A DNA stretch of 60,578 nt, counting the filler. It is 4 parts of 4 records of this genome, joined end to end, with 100 filler letters (N's around TTAATTAATTAA, not from the genome) between each part and the next. Parts side by side here need not be neighbours in the genome. Positions count along the whole stretch, not along the records: positions 31,161 to 41,326 come from SRR20825006_894; positions 41,427 to 50,687 come from SRR20825006_895; 2 more parts are not named here. The stretch is one strand, 5' to 3'. This document shows, in pieces, positions 38,467 through 48,349 of this stretch. The position numbers and the translations under genes are program-made. The notes under the pieces are model-generated. The model had not been told where the DNA came from, searched no databases, and saw only the letters and a list, made by a program, of their open reading frames with translations. The stretch's first letter is position 1. Each line of letters opens with the position of its first letter.

Positions 38467-41166
38467 ATGTATAAAAAAGTATATCTAGCAATTATATTGG
38501 GGCTTATTGGAGCCTTTGTTTCAGCACAAAACAATGCTAAGTGGCCTGAAGTTTCAAAAACCCAAAAAACGTGGACTCGTTGGTGGTGGATGGGAAATGC
38601 GGTAGACTCTATCGGCATAAAATATAATTTAGAAGCGTTGCACAAAGCTGGTATTGGGGGAGTAGAGATTACTCCTATTTATGGAGTGAAAGGAGAGGAG
38701 GATAATTTTATAGAATACCTTTCTCCGAGATGGATTCAGATGCTAGATTACACCCTTGAAGTTGCTGATAGTTTGCACATGGGGGTAGATATGACGCTAG
38801 GAACTGGCTGGCCATATGGAGGGAAACAAGTAGAAGTTTCTCATGCTGCAAAAAAAATAGTAAGCGCCAAAAAACAGTTAAGCAAAGGAGCTAGCCTACA
38901 TCAATTTATAGGAGATTCTGTTGTAAAAGGTACTACATTAAAGCTAAAAGGGATTTATGCCTACGGAGCTAACAATGTTTTTGTTGATTTAACCGAAAAG
39001 CTTTCCTATAAAAACAAAAAATGGGAGGCTAAAGATCAGGAATATACAGTGTATATAATTTATCAGGCTCCTACTGGGCAACAAGTAAAACGGGCAGCTC
39101 CGGGTGGTAAAGGTTACACACTAGATCATTATTCTAAAGCAGCTTTAGAGGATTATGTAAAACCTTTTGACAAGGCTTTTTCTGAAACCAAAGGAAAAGT
39201 ACGCGCTATTTTTAATGACAGTTATGAGGTATATGGAACTGATTTTACCTCTCGATTTTTTGAAGAATTTGAAGAAAGAAGAGGGTATAGTTTAAAACCT
39301 TATTTAGATAAATTACTAGAAAAGAAAGATGATGAAATAAGCAATAGAATCCGAAGTGATTATAGAGAAACACTTTCAGATTTATTGTTAGAAGAATTTG
39401 ATGAGCCATGGACTGCATGGGCGAATAAAAAGGGATTCAAAACAAAATTACAAGCGCATGGATCTCCCGGAAACTTGATAGATTTATATGCTTCTGCTGA
39501 TATTCCAGAATGTGAAACTTTTGGTTCCATGCCATATGATATTCCGGGTTTTAGAAGAGAGGCCGAAAACATTAGGCAAGGAGATGCAGATCCTGCAATG
39601 TTGAAATTCTCATCTTCAGCGGCTCATATTTCAGGAAAAAAATTGGTGTCATCAGAAACTTTTACATGGCTCCGAGATCATTTTAAAACAGCACTTTCTC
39701 AATGTAAACCAGAAGCAGAAGATTTGCTTCTTAATGGAATTAATCATATTTTCTTGCACGGTTCTACTTATTCTCCGCCGAGAGCTGCTTGGCCAGGATG
39801 GAAATTTTATGCTTCTGTTAATTTTAATTATAACAATAGTATTTGGGAAGATGCTTCAGGCTTATTTTCATATATCTCTAATTGCCAATCTTTTCTTCAA
39901 CTAGGAAAACCAGACAACGAGGTGCTTCTATATTATCCTATTTATGATAGTTGGGATTCCTATTTAAAAGGCGATTTATTTTTTCAGTTTAAAATACATT
40001 CTTTAGATGAATGGCTTACAAATACCAATTTTTACAAAACCAATAAAGAATTAACAGAAAAAGGATATGCTGCAGATTATGTGTCGGATAGATTTATTGA
40101 GCAAATAGAAGTAAAAGAAGGAAAAATTGTACTTCCTGGAGGTGTCTATAAAGCTTTGGTTGTTCCAGATTGCAAATTGATGCCTTTAAAAACATTACAG
40201 AAGCTTAGAAATCTTCAAAAACAAGGGGCTCATATTATATTTCAAGGAGTTCCAAAGAGCATTCCAGGTTATTATGGAGTAGAAGAACAAGAACAGAAGC
40301 TTAAAACACTTACAAAGGATATTAATATTGAAAACAGTTTATTTGATGCGTTAGCTAATAGTAATGTAAGAAACGAAAATTTAGTTGAAACTGGTTTGAA
40401 ATATATCCGAAGAGACCTAGACGGAGAAAAAATATATTATGTTGTAAACCACACAGCAGAAGCCAAAGATGAAGTTCTTTTGAATTTTTCAACGGAACAA
40501 GTTACCATTTACAATCCTTTAAATGGAGATGTAGGGAAAGCAAAAATTACTTCAGAAGCAGATAAAACCAACGTAAAATTAAAGATAGCACCAGGAGAAG
40601 CTTATATTTTAAAAACGGGACTGGACACCGCTGTTGCTCCATGGGTGTATACTAATCCAATTGCCGAAAAGGAAGTAATAAAAACGCCTTGGAAGTTGTC
40701 TTTTAAAAAAGGAGGTCCAGAAATCCCATCAGCAAAAAAACTATCAGAACTTACTTTTTGGACTGAGATTGATGATGCAAAAGCTACTGCATTTTCAGGG
40801 AGCGGAATTTATGAAACTACTTTTGAATTGGATAAAACAGCGGACTATTGGGAGTTAGATTTAGGGCAAGTAAGGGAAAGTGCTAAAGTGTGGATTAATA
40901 ATGAGTATGTAGGTATTGTGTGGGCTATTCCATTTAAAATAAAAACCAATTTGTTTAAAAAAGGAGTTAATACTTTAAAAATTCAAGTCACCAATTTACC
41001 AGCAAATCGGATTAAAAATTTAGAAGAAAGCGGAAAGGAGTGGAAGCTATTCTATGAGATAAATATGGTAGATAAGGATTATAAAAAATTTGATGCTACT
41101 AAATGGAAGGTTACTCCTTCTGGACTTATGGGACCAGTAACCATAACTCCTTTAATTCAGCAATAA
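38467..41166 (+). CDS. Glycoside hydrolase family 106 (alpha-L-rhamnosidase-like)
   Basis: WTRWWWMGNAV, GIGGVEITPIYG, GTGWPYGG, FNDSYE, SSETFTW; C-terminal sugar-binding domain (LDLGQV...PSGLMGPV). Confidence 0.88.
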   Translation: MYKKVYLAIILGLIGAFVSAQNNAKWPEVSKTQKTWTRWWWMGNAVDSIGIKYNLEALHKAGIGGVEITPIYGVKGEEDNFIEYLSPRWIQMLDYTLEVADSLHMGVDMTLGTGWPYGGKQVEVSHAAKKIVSAKKQLSKGASLHQFIGDSVVKGTTLKLKGIYAYGANNVFVDLTEKLSYKNKKWEAKDQEYTVYIIYQAPTGQQVKRAAPGGKGYTLDHYSKAALEDYVKPFDKAFSETKGKVRAIFNDSYEVYGTDFTSRFFEEFEERRGYSLKPYLDKLLEKKDDEISNRIRSDYRETLSDLLLEEFDEPWTAWANKKGFKTKLQAHGSPGNLIDLYASADIPECETFGSMPYDIPGFRREAENIRQGDADPAMLKFSSSAAHISGKKLVSSETFTWLRDHFKTALSQCKPEAEDLLLNGINHIFLHGSTYSPPRAAWPGWKFYASVNFNYNNSIWEDASGLFSYISNCQSFLQLGKPDNEVLLYYPIYDSWDSYLKGDLFFQFKIHSLDEWLTNTNFYKTNKELTEKGYAADYVSDRFIEQIEVKEGKIVLPGGVYKALVVPDCKLMPLKTLQKLRNLQKQGAHIIFQGVPKSIPGYYGVEEQEQKLKTLTKDINIENSLFDALANSNVRNENLVETGLKYIRRDLDGEKIYYVVNHTAEAKDEVLLNFSTEQVTIYNPLNGDVGKAKITSEADKTNVKLKIAPGEAYILKTGLDTAVAPWVYTNPIAEKEVIKTPWKLSFKKGGPEIPSAKKLSELTFWTEIDDAKATAFSGSGIYETTFELDKTADYWELDLGQVRESAKVWINNEYVGIVWAIPFKIKTNLFKKGVNTLKIQVTNLPANRIKNLEESGKEWKLFYEINMVDKDYKKFDATKWKVTPSGLMGPVTITPLIQQ

Positions 41167-41326
41167 AAAACATTAATGTCTAAGTAAGATACAAGACCAC
41201 TTTGCTATAAGAATAAAGAACAAAGACAGAAGACAAGAAGAGCAAAGAGAAAAAGGCTAAAAAAAACTAATTTAAATCTTGATATAAGTAAAGTCCAATG
41301 AATTCCGTTAACTTTTATCGGACAAC

Positions 41327-41426
41327 NNNNNNNNNNNNNNNNNNNNNNNNNNNNNNNNNNNNNNNNNNNNTTAATTAATTAANNNNNNNNNNNNNNNNNN
41401 NNNNNNNNNNNNNNNNNNNNNNNNNN
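41327..41426. other. Artificial contig spacer
   Basis: N44-TTAATTAATTAA-N44. Confidence 0.98.
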
Positions 41427-41540
41427 ATTTCACCCGGCTATGAAAGCTGCTGCCGTGATGATCACCGACGTCAAATACAAGAGCGAGCATGGAGCTCGCC
41501 AGTGTGGGTGACCACGCAGCAAGCTCCCTCTGGCAGCTAA
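41427..41540 (+). CDS. C-terminal fragment of a DUF3604 domain protein
   Basis: Open frame from the contig edge: ISPGYESCCRDDHRRQIQERAWSSPVWVTTQQAPSGS*. IQERAWSSP(I/V)W is the characteristic DUF3604 C-terminus. Confidence 0.7.
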   Translation: MSPGYESCCRDDHRRQIQERAWSSPVWVTTQQAPSGS

Positions 41541-41554
41541 GTGGAGTGCCTCAT

Positions 41555-42340
41555 TCAAGGCTGCTTTTTGGGCGGCGCCGGGTAGCGATCCATAACAATT
41601 AATGGGTGAAAGGCGAGCTCAATACCCTCTTGGATACGGCTGCTGTTCCCAAGGATCTTTTTACGGCGCACAAAGCCTTTCTGGCTCTTGCGAGAGTCGA
41701 TCGCATGCAGCGTATCCAAACCACCGCGGCTGGCGAACAGCGGCTGCCCTTCGGTGCTGTAGAGAGTAATCACTAAGCTCGCGCCCTTGATCACTTGAGT
41801 CCAATTGAAATCAACCGGAACACTGGCGCTTGCGCCCTCTGTGGCAGGTTCGCGGGTAACGCCATACCAGCGGGCATAGTGTTTCATGCCCGTGCTGTGC
41901 TGCACGTCGTGAGCGATTAGGTCAGTAAAGACGATCGCATCGATATCTTTATGTGCCTGCAGGCTTTGAAAGGTGCTGGCCATTACCTGCTGCCAACCCT
42001 GTTGGTCGACTTTGCCCGTTGTGGGGTCGTAGAATTCACCGAAGTTTAGCAGGGCTTGCTGCCAGGCATTGTTGAATAAATGTTGAGGTGCGATCTCGAA
42101 GCCATTTTCTTGCAGGTAGTCCACCACCATCGAATCGATTTTCGTTACGCTGTCCCGTAACATGGAGCGGGTGGGTTCACCGGTGACATTGACACTGGCA
42201 ACAATCACTTTTTTCACTGGTTTCGCAGCCATAGCGTCTTTGGCGATAAAGAAATCGAACACAGTGGGGTTGTAGCTCACGGAGCTGCAGGCACCGAGCA
42301 ACAGTCCTGCTGCAGCAACTATCGGAAGCAAAATTCTCAC
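41555..42340 (-). CDS. Hypothetical lipoprotein
   Basis: LLGAC lipobox after a hydrophobic stretch; 261 aa; no recognised domain. Confidence 0.75.
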   Translation of the reverse strand: MRILLPIVAAAGLLLGACSSVSYNPTVFDFFIAKDAMAAKPVKKVIVASVNVTGEPTRSMLRDSVTKIDSMVVDYLQENGFEIAPQHLFNNAWQQALLNFGEFYDPTTGKVDQQGWQQVMASTFQSLQAHKDIDAIVFTDLIAHDVQHSTGMKHYARWYGVTREPATEGASASVPVDFNWTQVIKGASLVITLYSTEGQPLFASRGGLDTLHAIDSRKSQKGFVRRKKILGNSSRIQEGIELAFHPLIVMDRYPAPPKKQP

Positions 42341-42392
42341 AGTAACACCTATTTATTTGAATGCGCAGGCATTCTAGCAACCGGATCAGAGC

Positions 42393-43181
42393 ATGAGAAG
42401 TGAAGTAAAAAATGCAGCGGCGGTGCTGCACAGCGAGTCGCGAGGTGAGGGGCCTACCGTCGTGCTATTGCACGGGCTATTTGGCTCGGCCAGCAATTTA
42501 TTGACCCTGTCACGCCACTTGGAGCCCAACTATCGTGTCGTTCGCATGGATCTGCGCAACCATGGTAAGTCTCCTCACCGAGACTATATGGATATTCCCA
42601 GTATGGCTGAGGATGTGGCCAAAACCCTCGGCGAGCTGGCGGTGCAAAGTGCGGCGTTTCTGGGGCACTCTCTCGGTGGCAAGGTGGCGATGCAATTGGC
42701 GGCTTCTCAGCCCAACTTGGTAGAGAAACTTGTGGTCGCCGATATTGCACCGGTCCGCTATGGGCGCGGCCACGATGCCATTATTGAAGGTTTATTGGCC
42801 ATGGACTTGCGCGCGCTGCGTAACCGAGAGCATGCCGACGAGCAGCTTCAAGCAGCCGTGCCCGAGCTGCCCATACGACAGTTCTTACTGAAAAACCTAG
42901 TGCGCGAAGGCGAGGGTTGGGCCTGGCGCATGAACCTTTCGGTAATTGCAGACTGCTACGATTTACTGCGTGATGCGCCCGCTGCAGAGCCCTATGCGGG
43001 GCCGACACTATTTATCCGCGGAGAGAACTCTCGCTACATTATTGATGAGAACCGGGTGGGAATTATGAAGCAGTTTCCCGACAGTCGCATCGAAACCATA
43101 GCGGGAACGGGGCATTGGCTGCACGCCGAAAAGCCGCGTGAATTCAACGCGCTGGTGTCTGGCTTTTTGGCTGAGTGCTAA
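42393..43181 (+). CDS. Alpha/beta hydrolase (YbfF/ABHD11-like esterase)
   Basis: HGLFGS, DLRNHGKS, GHSLGGK, DIAP and GHWLHAEKP. Confidence 0.9.
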   Translation: MRSEVKNAAAVLHSESRGEGPTVVLLHGLFGSASNLLTLSRHLEPNYRVVRMDLRNHGKSPHRDYMDIPSMAEDVAKTLGELAVQSAAFLGHSLGGKVAMQLAASQPNLVEKLVVADIAPVRYGRGHDAIIEGLLAMDLRALRNREHADEQLQAAVPELPIRQFLLKNLVREGEGWAWRMNLSVIADCYDLLRDAPAAEPYAGPTLFIRGENSRYIIDENRVGIMKQFPDSRIETIAGTGHWLHAEKPREFNALVSGFLAEC

Positions 43182-43182
43182 C

Positions 43183-44037
43183 ATGATTGATGCCATTAGT
43201 GCGCAGCTATACGCAGAGCAACCCCAGGACACGCTTTACCATTACACGTCGTTGAGCGGCGTTTTGGGCATTCTGGGCAGCGGTGTACTGTGGGCCAGCG
43301 ACATACGCTACATGAATGATTCTGCGGAGCTCAGGCATACCGCCGATTTGGTGAAGCGCGAGGTGGAGCTGCGAATTCGCCAAGGGCATGATCAGCCCGC
43401 GCTGCTAAATGCCTTTATCGATTGGGTGCAGCACCGTATTACTAATGGCCATATTTTATTTGGTGCTTCGTTTCGCTCTAATGGCAATTTACTGAGCCAA
43501 TGGCGTGGCTATAGCTCTGTAGGTAAAGGCGCAAGTCTCGGCTTCAATGCTGCCTTTATTCGCCGCTGCGCGAGTAGCCAGAGCTTTAACCTGGGGCGCT
43601 GTGTCTATGCGCCGAGCGCGCAGCATAGTTTGATCGCAGAAATTATCGACGGTGTTGAACTGTTGGCCGGAGAAGGGGAGCAGAAGGATTTCCCGAGCTT
43701 ATTTGCTCACCTGGAAACCGACTTGCTGCGTATCGCCGCCATTTTGAAGCACCCCTCGTTTGAGGAAGAGCAGGAGTGGCGTTTGGTTTCGCCAGTAATT
43801 TCCAACTACCCCAATGCAGAGGTTTTCTTTCGAGAAGGAAGGAGCATGCTGGTGCCGTATATGAAGTTTGCACTGGCCTCATCAGAGGGTGAAGCAATGG
43901 CTCTCGATCATGTTTACTTGGGCCCCACGCCCAATATTAGTTTGTCGATGAACTCGCTGAAAATGTGCCTGCTGAAGCACGGTATTCAGCCAGCAGAGGG
44001 TATCGACTATTGCCAGATACCCTACCGCCAGCGCTAG
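43183..44037 (+). CDS. DUF2971 domain-containing protein
   Basis: LYHYTS, LWAS...YMND..E, LSQWRGY, K...FEEEQEWR and VYLGP motifs. ATG lies 1 nt after the upstream stop. Confidence 0.8.
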   Translation: MIDAISAQLYAEQPQDTLYHYTSLSGVLGILGSGVLWASDIRYMNDSAELRHTADLVKREVELRIRQGHDQPALLNAFIDWVQHRITNGHILFGASFRSNGNLLSQWRGYSSVGKGASLGFNAAFIRRCASSQSFNLGRCVYAPSAQHSLIAEIIDGVELLAGEGEQKDFPSLFAHLETDLLRIAAILKHPSFEEEQEWRLVSPVISNYPNAEVFFREGRSMLVPYMKFALASSEGEAMALDHVYLGPTPNISLSMNSLKMCLLKHGIQPAEGIDYCQIPYRQR

Positions 44038-44039
44038 GC

Positions 44040-45638
44040 CTACTGACCGGAGAGGATGAAGTCGGCGCAGCGCTCGCCGATCAGCACTGAAGTTGCGTTG
44101 GTGTTTCCGGAAATAATTGTTGGCATCACGGATGCATCGGCAACGCGAAGGCCTTCAACGCCATGTACTTTGAGGTGTTGGTCGACGACGGCCATGTCGT
44201 CGTTACCCATTTTACAGGTGCCAACAGGGTGGTATACCGACTCGCCGGTGTTGCGCACAAACTCAAGAATCTCCTCGTCACTTTGTACTTCAGGGCCGGG
44301 CACAAGCTCTTCACGGCGCCAGGAGTCGAAGACGGGAGCCTCAAAAATTTCACGCGTTTTGCGAATCGCTGCGATCATCTTTTGACGATCTTCCTCTTCC
44401 GCTAAGTAGTTGTGAATAAATGCCGGTGGCTCGGTTGGATCTGTGCTGCGAATGTGCACCCAGCCGCGGCTCTTTGGTCGCAGATAGCATACTGTCGCCG
44501 TGGTGCCTGGCACGGTAAGCATGCGGCCGTTTTCGTCCTGATCACCGGCGGCGGGGGTGAAGTGAATCTGCGCGTCGGGGCGATCGGCGTCGTCCGAGGT
44601 GCGGAAGAAAACACCAACCTGCGAGGCCGGATGCGCCAGCATGCCTTTGCCCTTAAACCAGAACTTGAATAAGTTGCCGATCATTGGCAGCGGACGTGAG
44701 TCCTCATAGAACGTTCGCAGTCCCTCGAAGGAGCGCTGGGTGTTCACGGTTAGGTGATCCTGCATATTTTCACCGACACCAGGCAAATTGTGCACGGACT
44801 TAATGCCTTTCTGGCGCAGCAGCTCGGCATTGCCGATACCGCTAAGTTCTAACAGCTGCGGTGAGTTCATTGTGCCACCGCATAAAATGATTTCTCCCCG
44901 GCAGCGAGCGGTGACATCCTTACCATTTTTCAAATAGCGAAGACCGGTTGTGCGATGACCTTCGAAAATAATCTGGCTGGCCAGGGCGTTGGTTTCAATC
45001 GTCAAATTGCTGCGCTTCGCGGCATTGCGCAGATAGGTGCGTGCGGTGCTCTGACGGCGGCCGCGGCGAATATTCACTTGATAAAACCCTGCGCCTTCCT
45101 GAGTTTCACCATTGAAATCAGGGTTGTAGGGGATGCCCACCTCCTGCGCGGCTTTCACGTAGAGGTCCGCCATTTCGTAGTGGTCTTGCACGTCATCAAC
45201 GTGGAGTTGGCCGTCGCGGCCATGGTATTCGTCACTGCATTGGCCCACATAGGCCTCGTTGCGCTTAAAGATAGGCAGCAGTTTGTCATAGCTCCACTCG
45301 GTGTTACCCAGGGCCGCCCAATGGTCGTAATCTTCCTTTTGGCCGCGTATATAGACCATGCCGTTAATTGAACTGGAACCGCCGAGCACCTTGCCTCGGG
45401 GCTGGTCAATGCGGCGATCATTCATATGAGGCTCAGGCTCACTGGCATAGCACCAACTGAATTTGGGGTTTTTCATGGTGAAGGCAAAACCCAGTGGCAT
45501 ATGAATAACAGGATTGCTGTCTTTCCCACCTGCCTCTAGGAGCAGGACATTGCGTTGGCCGTCCTCACTGAGGCGATTGGCCAGGGCGCAGCCAGCGGAG
45601 CCGGCGCCGACAATAATGTAGTCATAGAGCTTAGTCAC
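44040..45638 (-). CDS. GMC family oxidoreductase (choline/alcohol dehydrogenase-like)
   Basis: GAGSAG, RGKVLGGSSSINGMVYIRG, VGENMQDH, YHPVGTCKMG and GNTN. Confidence 0.92.
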   Translation of the reverse strand: MTKLYDYIIVGAGSAGCALANRLSEDGQRNVLLLEAGGKDSNPVIHMPLGFAFTMKNPKFSWCYASEPEPHMNDRRIDQPRGKVLGGSSSINGMVYIRGQKEDYDHWAALGNTEWSYDKLLPIFKRNEAYVGQCSDEYHGRDGQLHVDDVQDHYEMADLYVKAAQEVGIPYNPDFNGETQEGAGFYQVNIRRGRRQSTARTYLRNAAKRSNLTIETNALASQIIFEGHRTTGLRYLKNGKDVTARCRGEIILCGGTMNSPQLLELSGIGNAELLRQKGIKSVHNLPGVGENMQDHLTVNTQRSFEGLRTFYEDSRPLPMIGNLFKFWFKGKGMLAHPASQVGVFFRTSDDADRPDAQIHFTPAAGDQDENGRMLTVPGTTATVCYLRPKSRGWVHIRSTDPTEPPAFIHNYLAEEEDRQKMIAAIRKTREIFEAPVFDSWRREELVPGPEVQSDEEILEFVRNTGESVYHPVGTCKMGNDDMAVVDQHLKVHGVEGLRVADASVMPTIISGNTNATSVLIGERCADFILSGQ

Positions 45639-45742
45639 AGTGAGTTTGCCTCGCGTTATTGTTTTACTGGTGTTCGGGCGCTGGGGCCGGTCAAGTTATT
45701 CCCACTAGCGTAGAGGGAATGGGCGATAAGGTTAAGTTATAA

Positions 45743-46561
45743 TTATGTAACCTTCGGCCAGCCAAGTCTATGCTCGGCGGTGTTCACTGCTGTTTGCCAG
45801 TTAAACGCCTTCACTAATGCCGCATAGGCACCCGTTAACGGCGATACAAAGCGCTGCCGTTCGCCACTGGCGGGATGGCTGAACTCCAGGGCCATGGCGT
45901 GCAGTAACAGGCGAGGGCAGGCTAAATGCTCAGCAAAATAACGGTTATGCCTACCGCGGCCGTGCTTGGCGTCACCAATAATGGGGTGGGCGATATGCTT
46001 CATGTGTCGGCGAATCTGGTGGGGCCGCCCGGTCAGCGGCTGGGCGAGCACTAATGAGTAGCGCGATTGAGGGTATTTTTCGATGCAGGCATCAAGTTCG
46101 TACTGAGCCAGACACTGATAGTGGGTAATGGCCGGCTTGGCGTCCCCAAACTCCGCTCTTCCCGCATAGCGATCGGGGTCTGCCCGCAATGGGTGATCGA
46201 TGCAGCCACTGGCGGGGGCGTAACCCCGAACTGTCGCTAGGTAGGCCTTGCGGATCTGGTGCTGGGCAAACTGTTTGGCTAATACCGAGGCACTCTCGCT
46301 GTGCAGGCCAAAAACCATCACCCCTGAGGTGGGCTTATCCAGGCGATGAACGGGGTAGATGTACTGCCCTAGCTGCTCGCGGAGTATCTGTAAGGCAAAG
46401 CGCGTTTCTCGCCGGTCTATTGGGCTGCGGTGAACGAGCAGGCCGCTGGGCTTGTCCACCACAACAATATCGTCGTCGCGATAGAGCAGCGGCAGTTGCT
46501 CAACGGCGTTTTCTGCACTTTTTGGTTCCTTATCTTGCGAGTTTGATGAAGAGTTTGTCAT
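45743..46561 (-). CDS. truC: tRNA pseudouridine(65) synthase TruC-like (RluA family)
   Basis: KPSGLLVHRS, HRLDKPTSG, TGRPHQIRRH and HPIIGDAKHG. Confidence 0.82.
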   Translation of the reverse strand: MTNSSSNSQDKEPKSAENAVEQLPLLYRDDDIVVVDKPSGLLVHRSPIDRRETRFALQILREQLGQYIYPVHRLDKPTSGVMVFGLHSESASVLAKQFAQHQIRKAYLATVRGYAPASGCIDHPLRADPDRYAGRAEFGDAKPAITHYQCLAQYELDACIEKYPQSRYSLVLAQPLTGRPHQIRRHMKHIAHPIIGDAKHGRGRHNRYFAEHLACPRLLLHAMALEFSHPASGERQRFVSPLTGAYAALVKAFNWQTAVNTAEHRLGWPKVT

Positions 46562-46652
46562 TTTCCCTAGGTTTTCTTGTCGCTAGTGGCTGGGCGGGGT
46601 AGATTTCCCGATCTACTACTACGTATGCCAGAAAAATCAGCGGAGATAATAA

Positions 46653-47153
46653 GTGGCAGAAAAATTTTTGTGTCAAGCCGTGGATATGACCTTCTTTGAA
46701 TCAGCACCGTTTAAGTACGTTGCTGAGGTAGAGTTCGGTGTCAGCGCGGCAGATGTCTTTGCATCTTTTGAAAATGCCGATGACTGGCCCCGTTGGGCAA
46801 TGCCGATCCAGCGCGTGGAGTGGACCTCGCCGAGGCCTTTCGGGATCGGGACGACTCGTACAGTATATATGATGGGCGGGCTGACGGGTTTCGAAGAGTT
46901 TATTGCCTGGGAGCGGGGCAGGGAAATGGCATTTTGTTTCACACACGCTACCCGGGACAATATCGAGTCCTTTGCCGAGCGCTACGAAGTGGACGAATTG
47001 GCGGATAACCGCTGTCGCGTGCGGTGGACAATGGCGATGAAGCCAAAGGGCTTTAGTAAGGTATTCCTACCCGTATTCAGCCCTGTGATGCGTTTTGGTG
47101 TGAAAATGATGCTCAAGAACTTGAAACGCTTATTGGAGAAGCGCGCCAATTGA
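46653..47153 (+). CDS. SRPBCC (polyketide cyclase/dehydrase-like) family protein
   Basis: WPRW, WTSPRPFGIGTTRTV and EEFIAWE. Confidence 0.8.
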   Translation: MAEKFLCQAVDMTFFESAPFKYVAEVEFGVSAADVFASFENADDWPRWAMPIQRVEWTSPRPFGIGTTRTVYMMGGLTGFEEFIAWERGREMAFCFTHATRDNIESFAERYEVDELADNRCRVRWTMAMKPKGFSKVFLPVFSPVMRFGVKMMLKNLKRLLEKRAN

Positions 47154-47181
47154 TACATAGCGCGCTTTTTTACGACCTAAC

Positions 47182-47763
47182 TCAGTTGTTCGCAACACGC
47201 TCCGCACTGGCAATTTCGGCGTCCAGCTTTGCGATAATGGTGTCAATATCATCCTGCGACAGTTCGCCTTCCTTCAGGTAAGTAATTTCACCCTCGGCAT
47301 TGAGCAGAATAACCGCAATGGTTCGAGACTTTAATTGCCAGGCCTTTAGCCCGCGTCCAGCATCGTCGGCAACAAGCACAGCTTGGGGGTGAGCGCGCTT
47401 ATTCTTGGCGAGCTCACCAGCGACCAAGCCCGAGGTTCCCCACAGTGCGTCATCAAGGTTGACCACGGAAATTGATTGGAAACTCTCAGTGGGATACTCA
47501 CCGGCTTCCAGCCGTGCGCGAAGGGGGGCAATCGCGGCATCTGATGACATGCGCGCAGGCATGTGAAAAATAAGTGCTGGGCTGCCCGTGCTGATACTAG
47601 TGCTAGACCAAGGGCTGAAGCTCACCTTGTCGCCCGACATAACCAGCTCCCCGCGGCTTGGCACGTCCAGTGTAGGTAAATTGCCGCCCACTTCCAGTGC
47701 CATACCCAAGCTGCTGCCAAGCAGAGCCAGTGAGACGGCTACAGATTTCCATAAACGCAACAT
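47182..47763 (-). CDS. YtfJ family exported protein
   Basis: Signal peptide; GELV...PWSS, VNLDDALWGT..LV and W.L motifs. Confidence 0.8.
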   Translation of the reverse strand: MLRLWKSVAVSLALLGSSLGMALEVGGNLPTLDVPSRGELVMSGDKVSFSPWSSTSISTGSPALIFHMPARMSSDAAIAPLRARLEAGEYPTESFQSISVVNLDDALWGTSGLVAGELAKNKRAHPQAVLVADDAGRGLKAWQLKSRTIAVILLNAEGEITYLKEGELSQDDIDTIIAKLDAEIASAERVANN

Positions 47764-47904
47764 GAATCGATCCTTATAATAGTAGTTAAAGCAATGCGCG
47801 GCAGAATAGCATAGCAGCCACGTTGCAATGATGACGCTTAGTTCACATTATCGGCCTCGTATCTGAACCGAGGCTGAATTGGCTGAGACCTCCACTGAGA
47901 CTCA

Positions 47905-48324
47905 TTATTCGCCAAAAAGTGTCGCAACAATGCGGCGTTGGCCACCTCTGTTGCGGTGCTCTCCAAGGTACACGCCTTGCCAAGTACCCAAGGCAAGCCG
48001 TCCCTCGCTCACAGGTATTGTCACGTTACTGCCCAATAGGCTGGCTTTAATATGGGCGGGAAGATCGTCGCAGCCCTCATCGGTATGCTGGTAGTGGATA
48101 TCGCCTTCCGGAACGTAGCGGGAGAAAAAATACTCAAAGTCGCTGCGCACTGTGGGGTCGGCATTCTCGTTAAGCGTTAATGATGCCGAGGTGTGTTGAA
48201 TAAACAGCTGACATAAACCGACAGATAATTGTGATATTTCCGGCAGTTGCGCGATGATCTCATTGTCGATGAGGTGAAAGCCACGCGCTTTCGCGCGTAG
48301 AGTAATCGTTCGTTGTATCCACAT
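47905..48324 (-). CDS. yjbQ: YjbQ (UPF0047) family protein
   Basis: RGFHLI, HTSASLTLNENADP, AHIKASLLG and LGTWQGVYLGEHR. Confidence 0.9.
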   Translation of the reverse strand: MWIQRTITLRAKARGFHLIDNEIIAQLPEISQLSVGLCQLFIQHTSASLTLNENADPTVRSDFEYFFSRYVPEGDIHYQHTDEGCDDLPAHIKASLLGSNVTIPVSEGRLALGTWQGVYLGEHRNRGGQRRIVATLFGE

Positions 48325-48349
48325 AGCGCGCGAATCTCAAAGTGTCCGT

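Noticed and set aside
31161..41326. PUL as a low-GC genomic island in the alphaproteobacterium
   Set aside because: It is bounded by artificial spacers and is a separate Bacteroidetes contig.
41285..41326. IS terminal inverted repeat at the contig end
   Set aside because: No transposase or partner repeat is visible; cannot be supported without a database search.
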